Shown here piece after piece: positions 45,542 to 55,134 of a stretch of DNA of 64,000 nucleotides. This stretch comes from a virus: positions 32,001 to 96,000 of the IMG/VR virus record IMGVR_UViG_3300042398_001385. One strand, given 5' to 3'. The number at the start of each line of letters is the position of its first letter. Positions within the stretch are counted from its first letter, which is position 1. Below the pieces are notes generated by a model. It saw only the letters and a list, made by a program, of their open reading frames with translations. It did not search any database and was not told the DNA's origin. The translations under genes and the position numbers were made by a program.

Positions 45542-46671
45542 TAGTTAAATAGTTCGAATGGATCAAATCCCTTAGGGGGTTTAGCTTCGCTAGCCCATGG
45601 TGAATTTTCAATCATTTCTTTTTTATCTATATTTAATGTGATTTTTTCTTTGGAATCTAATTCCTGTACGTGATTCTTTAATCCTTCAACCATATTTTTT
45701 GGAAGAGTCCTAGAATTAAGCCAAACCAATCTAGCGTTTTCCTCGTAGAATTTTTTAAATTTATCTCTATTCTCAGAGTTGTCTGTTTGTGATATTAATC
45801 TTAATGAAAGACCAGCTATCCATCCGAGAAAATCTTCATTATCCCATAGATACTCCATCGAATAATCTTTCCATTTCGACTCCTGATAAAGCTCCCAAAT
45901 TTTATTAGATTTTCCTTCCGCTATATTAGAATTCTTTCCGCTTTTAGTTTGGTGAGGAAAAACTCCAGGAACGTCATCTTTTTTGTCACCCATTAGGATT
46001 TTTTTAAAAATGTATTCCTTAGTGTTAATTCTTTCTAAAGTACAAGAAGATAATAGCTTTTCCATCTTTGATGAATTAGCTCCGGAGATAGGATTAACGT
46101 CAAATATAGTTGTTTCTGATTCGGATTCTTCTTTCCAATTTTCAGAAACAATTAATTTGTTATTTTTAGAATTACTGTTCCATATTCCAACCCAAACATC
46201 TTCGTTGTATTTTACTAACTGGTGCATGTCTTTATCACCACTTATTACAATAACAGATTCTTTCTTATCTGTAAAATATTCAGACCAAGCCCAAATTAAA
46301 TCGTCTCCTTCCGCTCCTTGATATGAGCTATAAATAAATCCATTAGATTCTAGATATTCCGAAAACTCGTCCATTAATCTAAAAAAAGATCCCCAGTCTA
46401 CACCTTCTCCTTTTACCCTACTTTCCTTATAAACACTTCTTGTTATTTTGTAATCTTTTCTCCAAGATCTAGAATCCTTACAAAATATCACTTGTTTTAT
46501 TTCTGGTATTTGTTTAAGAGAATAGCAAAGATCCGTTATCACCTTTCTTATAAACATATTTCTTTCAGCCTCTGATGATAATACATCTCCAGGGTTCTTA
46601 CTTCCAAATCCAGAAAATATACCGAATGTCTTATGGAAGATATAATTACCGTCTACTACTACTGTTGTCAT
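45541..46671 (-). CDS. rnh: RNase H / 5'-3' exonuclease (T4 rnh-like, FEN family)
   Basis: VVDGN, DSRSWRK, YKESR, EGDDLI, SGDKDMHQL and GDKKDDVPGV. Confidence 0.9.
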   Translation of the reverse strand: MTTVVVDGNYIFHKTFGIFSGFGSKNPGDVLSSEAERNMFIRKVITDLCYSLKQIPEIKQVIFCKDSRSWRKDYKITRSVYKESRVKGEGVDWGSFFRLMDEFSEYLESNGFIYSSYQGAEGDDLIWAWSEYFTDKKESVIVISGDKDMHQLVKYNEDVWVGIWNSNSKNNKLIVSENWKEESESETTIFDVNPISGANSSKMEKLLSSCTLERINTKEYIFKKILMGDKKDDVPGVFPHQTKSGKNSNIAEGKSNKIWELYQESKWKDYSMEYLWDNEDFLGWIAGLSLRLISQTDNSENRDKFKKFYEENARLVWLNSRTLPKNMVEGLKNHVQELDSKEKITLNIDKKEMIENSPWASEAKPPKGFDPFELFN

Positions 46672-47141
46672 TAAAAATCTTCATTTGTTATCATTATATC
46701 ATAGTCAAAAAAACCAGAAAAATCCCTCTCGTCTGCTAAAAATCTTCTCTTGACGTCGTCGGCGTCATTTCTTTCAGCGAGTCTTTTCATTCTTATATCT
46801 GATGGGGGATTTAGATATATTACGAAGCTTTTATCTCGGAGATCCTTAGGTAGGGACCTTAATCCTGCAGGACTTAGAATAAAAAGATCCTTTTCGTTAA
46901 ATTCACCTTTAGAGATTCCATATTTCCAGCCATTGAATTCCTGTAATTCTAAAAATAGATCCGAATTAGCCTCGAAGAAATCTGGATCTCTAAAAAAATA
47001 ATCCTTTCCCTCTTCCTCTCCTTTTCTAGGAGGTCTACTCGTAAAAGAAATCCCATAAGAAAATCCCTTCTCTACCATCTTCTTTCTTAAGAAATCTTTT
47101 CCGGATCCCCCTGGTCCTACTATTATAATTTTTCCTTTCAT
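46671..47141 (-). CDS. gmk: guanylate kinase
   Basis: GPGGSGKD, TSRPPRKGEEEGKDYFF and WKYG. Confidence 0.9.
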   Translation of the reverse strand: MKGKIIIVGPGGSGKDFLRKKMVEKGFSYGISFTSRPPRKGEEEGKDYFFRDPDFFEANSDLFLELQEFNGWKYGISKGEFNEKDLFILSPAGLRSLPKDLRDKSFVIYLNPPSDIRMKRLAERNDADDVKRRFLADERDFSGFFDYDIMITNEDF

Positions 47142-47207
47142 ATTATTTTTTCGTATAGTATACTACTCATTATCATTGGTTTTCTGACATAACGAGTAGT
47201 ATACTGG

Positions 47208-48155
47208 TCATTTATTGAACATCTGCTGAAGTTCAAATATTAAAGCTAGTAAACTAACTATTGGATCAATTACCTGGCTTCTTTGAGATTGATATCTAGC
47301 AACAGTAATAACTATTGATGGAATCAGATTTAATTTCTGTGGATTCTTTTCTTCTATCCATTTAATAAAGTCTGAGCTTAAAGAAGCCATAACCTCATCA
47401 ACCCTTCCGGAATATTGACCAACTACATATTGGTAGTTTCCGATTGGATCTGGTTTAGATAAAACCATATTAAAAACTTCTTCGTGGTCGAATGTTATTT
47501 CGTTTATTTTACTTTCTGTTAGATCTGTTACTCCATCTATTTGCCATCTCTGTATGGTATTAAGTGCAGATCTCATATCAGGAAAATACTTCTTTGTAAA
47601 TAACTCAAGACTTCTGTCGTCGTGATTTATTTCCATTAGATTAAGTATTTTAGAAACGCGATCTTGCCATTGGTTTTTTATTTCGCTTTCCTCCTCCTTA
47701 CTCATAGGATCAAAATCATAAACTTCGAATCTTGACCTAATAGCATCCGGAATTTTACTTAAATAGTTACACGTAGCAACAAATCTTGTTGTTCTAGCAT
47801 ATTTCTCTATTGTACCTCTTAAAGCTTTGTAGAACTGATCTGATGCACCGTCGAACTCATCTAGGACTACAATCTTAATCTGATTCTCTCCGTCTAGTAT
47901 AGAAACTGTAGAACAGAAATCGTGAACTTTAGTTCTAATTGTTTCTACTGAACTTTCATCTGATACATTTATAAAAATGTATGGATGGTTCTTTATTAGA
48001 ATTTTAGCCATACTTGTTTTACCAGATCCTGGAGAGCCAGCTAATAGAACATTCTGTTGAAGACCGCTTTCAAACGATCCCTTTATTCTTTGTGGAAGGA
48101 TCATATGTTTTAGTTCCTTCGGTCTTAATTTTTCTGTTAATAGTTCTTGTATCAT
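47208..48155 (-). CDS. gp44: clamp loader large subunit (gp44/RFC-like AAA+)
   Basis: EKLRP, GSPGSGKT, LDEFD, ALR..IE, TCNY, IRSR and FPDMR. Confidence 0.92.
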   Translation of the reverse strand: MIQELLTEKLRPKELKHMILPQRIKGSFESGLQQNVLLAGSPGSGKTSMAKILIKNHPYIFINVSDESSVETIRTKVHDFCSTVSILDGENQIKIVVLDEFDGASDQFYKALRGTIEKYARTTRFVATCNYLSKIPDAIRSRFEVYDFDPMSKEEESEIKNQWQDRVSKILNLMEINHDDRSLELFTKKYFPDMRSALNTIQRWQIDGVTDLTESKINEITFDHEEVFNMVLSKPDPIGNYQYVVGQYSGRVDEVMASLSSDFIKWIEEKNPQKLNLIPSIVITVARYQSQRSQVIDPIVSLLALIFELQQMFNK

Positions 48156-48733
48156 TTAATATTTTTTAATATTCTTTCCATCTCAGCATCAACAACTTTC
48201 TTTGCTATTCTTTTATACTCATCTCTTATAATAGATTTCTGCTCTTCTGTTGCAGATCTCATATTAAGAGACTTAAGATGATTCCATTTAACCATTGTGG
48301 AAGCTCTATATCTCTCATAGTTGATTAATTGGGCTCTTTTAGATTTTATAAGGACTTTAAGTATTTTATCCTCTGTAGGATTATTCATTCCTTTAAATTT
48401 TTGACCACTAGGCATTTTTTTTAAAGAAATTTTAGATGCTATATCTTCTATGTAGGATCCAAATTTTTCATAAAAATCAGCTTGATCTTTCATTGTTTTT
48501 CTCCTACTTATTTCCTTGTGCCTATCGTTTAAGAGTTTTATTCTATCCAGATTTTCTTCCCTATATTTAATCGAATATTGTCTTTTGTAACTAGTGTTTT
48601 TTAAACTCCATTCTTTAGATTTTTTCTTAGTGCACTCAGCACACTTATGTGCTTTCTCTTTATAAATATAAAAATCAGTCTCCCCGTGAATTTTACATAC
48701 ATCTTTTAAAAATTTTGTTACCTTAACCTCCAT
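48152..48733 (-). CDS. basic hypothetical protein with an N-terminal Zn ribbon
   Basis: CKIHG...CAEC; very Lys/Arg-rich. Confidence 0.55.
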   Translation of the reverse strand: MEVKVTKFLKDVCKIHGETDFYIYKEKAHKCAECTKKKSKEWSLKNTSYKRQYSIKYREENLDRIKLLNDRHKEISRRKTMKDQADFYEKFGSYIEDIASKISLKKMPSGQKFKGMNNPTEDKILKVLIKSKRAQLINYERYRASTMVKWNHLKSLNMRSATEEQKSIIRDEYKRIAKKVVDAEMERILKNIK

Positions 48734-48748
48734 ATATTAAAATTTAAA

Positions 48749-50104
48749 TCATTTACATAAACCACTCATATTGTCACCTAAATCCTTATCGTTTCTTATT
48801 TCTATAAATCTTGGTAAGAACAAAGACCAATTATCATTCTTATCATTTATTATGACGTTGTATTGTATAGCACAAACCTTACCTATTTGAGAATCTGGAT
48901 TTTCACTAAGATCCTTAAGATCCTGATCTGTAAATCCTGCTCCTACTTTTACTTTAACTGTACCTGAAGAATCCTCACAGTAAAATCCTCCTATAAATCC
49001 CTCTCTCTTTCCTTCTCCTGGATACCATCCAGTAATTATTAGATCACAATCATTAACCTCTTTAAGTTTAATCCAATTCTTAGATCTTTTACATTCATAT
49101 ACATGTTCAGGATTTTTAAGAATTACTCCCTCTCCGCCACGAGCAACAATTTTGTTATAGTAAGCGTAGATGTCTTCTTTTTCTGTAGTCAAGAAAGAAT
49201 CTGCAAGAGTGAGTGAAGTTGTCTTATATGTACTAAAAACCCCCTCTAGCGTACTTCTTCTTACATCAAACGGAATTATACCTTTTCCAGATTTTAACGT
49301 GTCTGCATCTTCAAGATCAAAAACATTATAAAGAAGATCGTCACCTATAGAATCTAATGGTTTTCCTTTTAACATTTGTGTAACTTTACCCGATACACTT
49401 TTCCTGTTTAGATCAGTAAGTTCCCCGTCAAAAAACCATTCTCCTTTTAATCCTGAATTTTTAATAAGTATCAAACATTCATCTGCAATCTTTTTCAAGT
49501 ATTGATTAGGAATTTCGTTGAAAGCCCTTGTGTAAAATTTTACTTCACCACCGGAAATAAATGCTATTACTCTTACACCATCATATTTTTCCTCGCAAAC
49601 GATTAGATCCCATTTTTTTATTTCGTCCTCATCGTCTTGTGCAAGCATTAGACTTGGATCTGGTATAACTTCCTTATTGAAAGCTTTGTTTATTAACTTA
49701 GCTCCAATTCCTATGTTTAATCTTTTTGTTAAAACTTTAGACAAAATCTTTCTTTCATCAATAGAAAGGGGATAACAGTTAACAACTTCAAATGCTTCCT
49801 CTCTTAATTTATCATTTGCTGCAGGTGCAAAAAATAATTTTTCAGTAAGATCCTTAAATCTTTCAAATAGATCTCCATCCTCTATGATATAGGGTGATTC
49901 TTCTAAAACTGGAAGCTTGTGTAGTTTTGTTGTTAAAAATGGATCTAGAGCAACTTTTAAAAGATATTCTAATTCCTTAGAGTAATTATTTTTTATTAGA
50001 TCCTGTTTAATTTTTTGTGACCCGTTGCCTGTTGAATTTTCAATCTCTAATAAAATTCTAAGTTCTTTCTGCATGAATTGGTTTTTAGCTAATATAGAAA
50101 TCAA
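48749..50104 (-). CDS. lig: ATP-dependent DNA ligase (gp30-like)
   Basis: EEKYDGVR, FDGEL, VFD, EGVILK, KRSKNWIKLK, VGAGF and LFLPRF..IR.DK. Confidence 0.95.
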   Translation of the reverse strand: MISILAKNQFMQKELRILLEIENSTGNGSQKIKQDLIKNNYSKELEYLLKVALDPFLTTKLHKLPVLEESPYIIEDGDLFERFKDLTEKLFFAPAANDKLREEAFEVVNCYPLSIDERKILSKVLTKRLNIGIGAKLINKAFNKEVIPDPSLMLAQDDEDEIKKWDLIVCEEKYDGVRVIAFISGGEVKFYTRAFNEIPNQYLKKIADECLILIKNSGLKGEWFFDGELTDLNRKSVSGKVTQMLKGKPLDSIGDDLLYNVFDLEDADTLKSGKGIIPFDVRRSTLEGVFSTYKTTSLTLADSFLTTEKEDIYAYYNKIVARGGEGVILKNPEHVYECKRSKNWIKLKEVNDCDLIITGWYPGEGKREGFIGGFYCEDSSGTVKVKVGAGFTDQDLKDLSENPDSQIGKVCAIQYNVIINDKNDNWSLFLPRFIEIRNDKDLGDNMSGLCK

Positions 50105-50170
50105 ATCTAAATAATAAAAATGATTTAAATATTATACTAAAAAAATAAGTAAGTTTTCGGTTTATTGGTT

Positions 50171-51814
50171 TTAAATAGCAGGTTCTGCTCCTGTTGCTTC
50201 GCCTCCAGTAGCTTCAGCTTCTGCTCCAGTAGCTCCAGCTTCTGCTCCAGTAGCTCCAGTAGCCCCAGCTTTACCTTCTTCCTCGGATTTTTTAACGTAG
50301 GATTTATTTAACTGTATATCCTCATAGTTAAGATCTAACCATCTCTCTATCATAAAATCTTGATCAAAAAATTGAACCTCTTCTTCGTTTACTGTTTCTT
50401 TTATTTCTCCCATTGCAGTAATGAAATCAATTTTTTTGATCAGTTGTTCTATTTCTCTAGATTCACCAAATAAATTATCACTTTCAAATTTAACACCTAT
50501 TTGACTTCTAAATTCAGCATCGTTTTTAAGATCCGGAAATTCTAAGCACATTTGTATCCATAGAGGTTTTACTATAATCTCTTGGAATATAGATCTCAAT
50601 CTTGTTATAAATTTAGCAAATCTAACCTCATCCCTTTCTGCTCCTTCCGCCCCTGTTTTAAAAGTATTATTTGAGCCCATACCAAATCTTGAAGAGAATC
50701 TGTTATAAGGTATTTTGGAATCTTGTCTTAATTTATTATAGAAATAAACAACCGAGTCCATTATATTTAAATTAGGACCTTGAGCATTAAGTGTTTCTAC
50801 TTTTACTGATTCGCCTCCTTGCTGAGGGAAAAGATAGTTTTTATAGAATTGAAGATCAGGTCTTCCGTTTATAGCTAATTCTCCTGAGCTTGTATCTAGT
50901 TTAATATCCTCTTTATATACGGACATAAGTTCTCCAAGTGTCTCTTTAGCCTTTTGAGGAGCTTTACTTCCAATAGGAACTGTCATTTTAATCCTATACT
51001 GAGCATTCATAACATTCCATATTATTCTGGAGTGTTCCATAATCTTTAATAAGTTATAAGACCTTATTAATCTTTCAGTGTAAGATACTCTTGAAACAAC
51101 GTTGGCTTTAGCATATGAAATATAAATAACCTGAGCGTCTAATAATTTTCTTTGTCTAACAGTTTCTCCGTAATACTGCCACCATATAGTTTCTCTTGTT
51201 CCGTCAGGCTTTTTTTCGATAGCTGGAGTTAAACTAACAGCATCCAATTCTTTAAAACCAACTATTTCTTTACCGTCGTTTGAATATATTATCTCGAATG
51301 CTAAAAAACCTTCTACGATTAGTTGTCTAAAGTATTGCCATCCGGTTAATCCATTTGCAAAATTGTGGAGAACATATAGTTTTCTGAAATTCTTCCTCAT
51401 GGATTTTATAACATCATCCTTTAGATCCATATTCATTAAAGCTGGATGACAGAAAAAATTCTTCTCATCATATACTACTGCTTCGTCACATATAGTATCT
51501 AAAATGTATTCTATCTCAGCATTTAAAGCAAAGGTTCTTAGAAAATCCCTTTTGAATGGATAATCTTTATCAAAATATGCTATGTACTTTCTGTTTGATG
51601 TGTCTTGGGCTGCTATACTATAGATAAAGTCTTCGTCGCTATCAGTAAATCCAAATCTTTCTCTCATGCTGGCTTCAGATGCACCTATAGCCATGGAGTC
51701 TTGAATAACCATATCCTTATACTCCATCCCAAAAGATCCAAGACCACTAATAGTTTTTAATATCCTAGAGATATTCGGATTTATCTTTCCTAAATTATCT
51801 AAAAAGCCCGCCAT
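50171..51814 (-). CDS. gp20: portal protein (gp20-like), copy B
   Basis: EIEYILDTICDEAVV, YNLLKIMEHSRIIW, YF..KL..DSKIPYNRF, RDEVRFAKFITRLRSIF. Confidence 0.9.
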   Translation of the reverse strand: MAGFLDNLGKINPNISRILKTISGLGSFGMEYKDMVIQDSMAIGASEASMRERFGFTDSDEDFIYSIAAQDTSNRKYIAYFDKDYPFKRDFLRTFALNAEIEYILDTICDEAVVYDEKNFFCHPALMNMDLKDDVIKSMRKNFRKLYVLHNFANGLTGWQYFRQLIVEGFLAFEIIYSNDGKEIVGFKELDAVSLTPAIEKKPDGTRETIWWQYYGETVRQRKLLDAQVIYISYAKANVVSRVSYTERLIRSYNLLKIMEHSRIIWNVMNAQYRIKMTVPIGSKAPQKAKETLGELMSVYKEDIKLDTSSGELAINGRPDLQFYKNYLFPQQGGESVKVETLNAQGPNLNIMDSVVYFYNKLRQDSKIPYNRFSSRFGMGSNNTFKTGAEGAERDEVRFAKFITRLRSIFQEIIVKPLWIQMCLEFPDLKNDAEFRSQIGVKFESDNLFGESREIEQLIKKIDFITAMGEIKETVNEEEVQFFDQDFMIERWLDLNYEDIQLNKSYVKKSEEEGKAGATGATGAEAGATGAEAEATGGEATGAEPAI

Positions 51815-51817
51815 ATT

Positions 51818-53437
51818 TTATATTGTAATTTCTCCTCCTTCAGATCCAGCTTCACCTCCTGTTGCTCCTTCAGCTCCTGTTGCTCCTGCTTCAGCTGCTG
51901 CCGCTTCTTTCTTTTTCTCTGCTGCTTTTTCTTTGAATTTTTTATTTGTAACTAAATCCTGTCCTTTCACTCCTAAAAATCTATCAACTAAAAAGTCCAT
52001 ATTAAAATATTTTTTACCCTCTGAGTTCATTAGGGCGGATATTTTTATAACCTGGTCTTTTCTAGCAGCTAATACCTCCATTTCTTTTGCTTCCCTAAAT
52101 ATATTTTCTTTTACATAATCTAAACCAAATTCGGATTTAATTATGTAATCTTTCTTAAGATGCGGAAAGTCTAAGCAGAATTGTACCCATAGTGGCTTCA
52201 TTAATATCTCTTGATATATTGACCTTAATCTGTTAATAAATTTAGCAAATCTTATTTCCTCCTGATCCAATCCTTCTGCTGTAAAAGTAATTGTTCCTTC
52301 AGATCCTGCTTCTTCTCTACCAAATCTAGTTGCTGGTATTTTAGAGTCCATTCTTAATTTATTTGCAAAATATTTAAGAACTGTTGTATCCGAAAATGCA
52401 GTTGCGTCTCCTCCCCCAGGAAGTGGCTGTATATCAGGAGTTCCATTAGGAGATGATGGCATTAAGTAATTTTTAAAGAATTGTATCTTTGGTTTTCCGT
52501 CGATTGTTAATTCTCCACTGCTATTATCTAATCTTATATCTTCTTTATAGATTGACATTAGTTCACCTAATGTTTGTTTTGCTTTTTGTGGTGATCTAGT
52601 ACCTATAGGAACTGTCATTGCCATCCTATATGAAGAGTTCATTACGTTCCAGATGATTCTTGTGTGCTCCATTATTCTTAGGAGATTAAATGACCGTATC
52701 ATTCTTTCACAGTAACTAACTCTTGAAGATGTTCCACCTCCCTTAGCATAACTTATATAAATTATCTGGGAGTCATATAGTTTTCTAGTCAAAGATGGGT
52801 TATCTGGATATTGTATCCATATATCAATAAAAGATCCATCTGGCTGTGCCTCTACTGTTGGTATTAGTGACCATGGATCCAATTCTTTGAATCCAACAAT
52901 ATTCTTACCTTTTTTATCAAATACGATTTCAAAAGCTAGAATACCATCAACTAGAAATTTTCTGAATAAATGCCAAGCTGATATATCTTGATTAAATCCA
53001 AAAAGATTATATACCTCTTTATACCTCTTTTGTACTTTTTCGTAAGTTTCCTCATTAACATCATCATGTTGCATGAAAGAGAAATAAGCCCAAAAGTTTT
53101 TGTCATCATATACTATTGATTCGTCGCATATAGTATCAAGAATAAATTCTATTTCTGGATTCTGAGAAAATCCTTGTAGATAATGTCTTTTGTTTTTATA
53201 GTCCTTATCAAAATAAGCTATGTATTGTTTAGTGGTAGTATCTGCTCTTCTTAATCCAAAAAGAAAAGATTCATCCTTTATCCCTCCCTTTTGTAGAAAT
53301 TGAGCTTCTGTTATACCTACTGCTTGAGAATTTTTAACTACAAGATCTTCGTAGGCCATACCGAAACTACCCACTTTCTTTATACTATCTAAAATAGAAC
53401 TAAAGAATGATTTTTTATCGTCAGTAAATCCAGCCAT
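51818..53437 (-). CDS. gp20: portal protein (gp20-like), copy A
   Basis: PEIEFILDTICDESIV, FNLLRIMEHTRIIW, LPGG, KLRMDSKIPATRF, EEIRFAKFINRLRSIY. Confidence 0.9.
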   Translation of the reverse strand: MAGFTDDKKSFFSSILDSIKKVGSFGMAYEDLVVKNSQAVGITEAQFLQKGGIKDESFLFGLRRADTTTKQYIAYFDKDYKNKRHYLQGFSQNPEIEFILDTICDESIVYDDKNFWAYFSFMQHDDVNEETYEKVQKRYKEVYNLFGFNQDISAWHLFRKFLVDGILAFEIVFDKKGKNIVGFKELDPWSLIPTVEAQPDGSFIDIWIQYPDNPSLTRKLYDSQIIYISYAKGGGTSSRVSYCERMIRSFNLLRIMEHTRIIWNVMNSSYRMAMTVPIGTRSPQKAKQTLGELMSIYKEDIRLDNSSGELTIDGKPKIQFFKNYLMPSSPNGTPDIQPLPGGGDATAFSDTTVLKYFANKLRMDSKIPATRFGREEAGSEGTITFTAEGLDQEEIRFAKFINRLRSIYQEILMKPLWVQFCLDFPHLKKDYIIKSEFGLDYVKENIFREAKEMEVLAARKDQVIKISALMNSEGKKYFNMDFLVDRFLGVKGQDLVTNKKFKEKAAEKKKEAAAAEAGATGAEGATGGEAGSEGGEITI

Positions 53438-54033
53438 TAGACTTGTGAGTTTTTATTATATATCTCATTTAACTGGGTCCCTTCAATAGACCTAGTATTT
53501 AGATATACTATTCTAGTCCAATCTTCCAAAGGAATTTCCACTACATCACGAACTTTTTTTAAATCCCAAGCTCTATAAGCATGTTTATAAGGTATTCCTT
53601 TTAAAATTATATCCATAGTTTGGTAGTCAGTTTTAAGAGGAGCTTGTCCTCTTCCTTCCCCCATTTCTATTTTTTTTAAGTTTCCTTCTATCTGATCCTT
53701 GAATACGCTTTGTACTCTTTCAAAGAATGCTATTCTAAATATCGGTGAAATTAAAATTAGATCAAGACCTTTAAAAAGGTTCTTTTTTTCGTAATTATCG
53801 TATTCAGTAAAAAAAATAACTGGTCTTTTGTTTATAAAAGGTTTCCCTTTTTCTAATTGATCATTGTATTGAAAAGAATAAACTTTCCCAGATAAAAAAT
53901 TTAAAGGGCTAAATTCAGATTTTTTATTCACATAATTATTTGCCCAATACGTAAATGATTCTTCAGGTAATGAGGTTAGACCTGAGACTGAAAGTTTGTA
54001 ATCATTAAATTGTTGTTTAAAGGAAGAAATCAT
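53437..54033 (-). CDS. gp2: DNA end protector protein (gp2-like)
   Basis: GKVYSFQY...RPVIF...FKGLDL...IPLEDW; position next to gp4. Confidence 0.6.
   Translation of the reverse strand: MISSFKQQFNDYKLSVSGLTSLPEESFTYWANNYVNKKSEFSPLNFLSGKVYSFQYNDQLEKGKPFINKRPVIFFTEYDNYEKKNLFKGLDLILISPIFRIAFFERVQSVFKDQIEGNLKKIEMGEGRGQAPLKTDYQTMDIILKGIPYKHAYRAWDLKKVRDVVEIPLEDWTRIVYLNTRSIEGTQLNEIYNKNSQV
53457..53464 (-). promoter_or_regulatory. putative internal late promoter GATATATA (portal operon)
   Basis: Exact motif in the end of gp2, 19 nt upstream of portal ATG 53437. Confidence 0.65.
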
Positions 54034-54515
54034 CTCATTATAAAGCTTTCATTTATAGCACCGAATTTATATCCTCTAGATTCAGCAAATCTAGTTGCTG
54101 CTTCAAATTTAGCTCTATTGGTTATCCATATTTTAAGTTTCTCATTATAGGATCTTATCTTTTTTTCAGTTAAATTTCCTACAGGTTCTTTGGGCCTTTT
54201 ATTAAGTGCATATTGATCCTCGGGTTTTATTTCTATAAACCAATTTTCAAATACATCTCCCTTTTGTACTTGTATATAGTAATCTACAAAATACTTATGT
54301 TCCTTTTTGTCTATTGGAGACCAATATGGTATATCTGTTGGTTCTGAGCTCCATTTGGTTATATTGGGATTTATATCACAATATTGACAAAATTTTCTTT
54401 CCCATGAGCTTCGGTATATTATATTGTTAATATCCCCAATGTACTTTAATGGATTAACTGGATTATATTTTCCAGATTTCCACTTTCCATTGGGCTTTAA
54501 CTTTTTTATATCCAC
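54030..54515 (-). CDS. gp4: head completion nuclease (gp4-like, TnsA-like)
   Basis: NPLKYIGD, IYRSSWERKF..YCD.NP.I..WSSE, PY.SP.D...H.YFVD, EIKP and N.AKF.AA. Confidence 0.92.
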   Translation of the reverse strand: MDIKKLKPNGKWKSGKYNPVNPLKYIGDINNIIYRSSWERKFCQYCDINPNITKWSSEPTDIPYWSPIDKKEHKYFVDYYIQVQKGDVFENWFIEIKPEDQYALNKRPKEPVGNLTEKKIRSYNEKLKIWITNRAKFEAATRFAESRGYKFGAINESFIMR

Positions 54516-54517
54516 CT

Positions 54518-54874
54518 TTATACATTATAGTTGGAATTTTCCTCCCTTACTATTCTAGAAAAAGGAATAGTTTTCGGTGACTTAGGTGGATGAATTTTTT
54601 TCCATCCTTTTTTCATTCCGTTATGTGCTATTTGGGATATAAAGGCAAAAGGATTATCAGACTTTGCTGGATCGTATCTATTCCAATACTTAACTAGATC
54701 TTCAAGACCAGATGATATGCAATCTTCTTTGTCTTCGTTATCTCTATAAGAATGTGTCTTAGACATTCCGTTTACTATAAGAGTAAACATTTTAACGGTC
54801 TCATCAGTTAGTTGACCTTTTTCTTTACTTTCGAGGAGAGCTCTTTTTAGCTCTTTGTTTTTTACGTATATCAT
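54518..54874 (-). CDS. gp55: late-transcription sigma factor (gp55-like)
   Basis: YVKNKEL, DCISSG.E.LVKY..RYDP.KS.NPFAFISQIAHN. Confidence 0.85.
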   Translation of the reverse strand: MIYVKNKELKRALLESKEKGQLTDETVKMFTLIVNGMSKTHSYRDNEDKEDCISSGLEDLVKYWNRYDPAKSDNPFAFISQIAHNGMKKGWKKIHPPKSPKTIPFSRIVREENSNYNV

Positions 54875-55128
54875 TCTTCTTGCGGTGGAATATTATTTTG
54901 GAGCTTTTCTATTTGTTTTTCTAAATTAACCCTTAATTCTTCCAAATTTTTCCTCGAATTTCTAATTGTGTCTATACCTATCTTACCATTTTCTTCACTA
55001 GAAGTTTCTAATTCTTTTATTTTTTCTAGACAATTTTTCAAATCGTCTAAAACAAAATTGAGTCTGTTACCAATTCCCTCATCCGGGTCATTAGCAACAG
55101 ACTCATTTATTCCTTTTGTATTTACTTT
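54871..55128 (-). CDS. -1-frame coiled-coil extension of 55122-57458 (candidate frameshift product)
   Basis: 85 open codons (KVNTKGINESVANDPDEGIGNRLNFVLDDLKNCLEKIKELE...LEKQIEKLQNNIPPQEE*) with no ATG. Begins at the A-tract ending the upstream gene; its TGA overlaps the gp55 ATG. Confidence 0.7.
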   Translation of the reverse strand, partial: KVNTKGINESVANDPDEGIGNRLNFVLDDLKNCLEKIKELETSSEENGKIGIDTIRNSRKNLEELRVNLEKQIEKLQNNIPPQEE

Positions 55129-55134
55129 TTTTTT
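55059..55134 (-). other. candidate recoding signal: A9G slippery tract (A AAA AAG) plus a 16-bp downstream hairpin
   Basis: Minus strand ACA AAA AAA AAG TAA (55136-55122), then 19 nt, then stem TGAGTCTGTTGCTAAT / ATTGGTAACAGACTCA (55105-55059). Confidence 0.65.

Noticed and set aside
48152-48733. Homing endonuclease between ligase and clamp loader
   Set aside because: Only a CxxH/CxxC Zn-ribbon is visible; no HNH, GIY-YIG or LAGLIDADG motif.
55047-55106. 19-codon ORF MSLLLMTRMRELVTDSILF behind AAGGA
   Set aside because: Very short and buried in the hairpin; the -1 frame explains the whole gap better. A regulatory role cannot be fully excluded.
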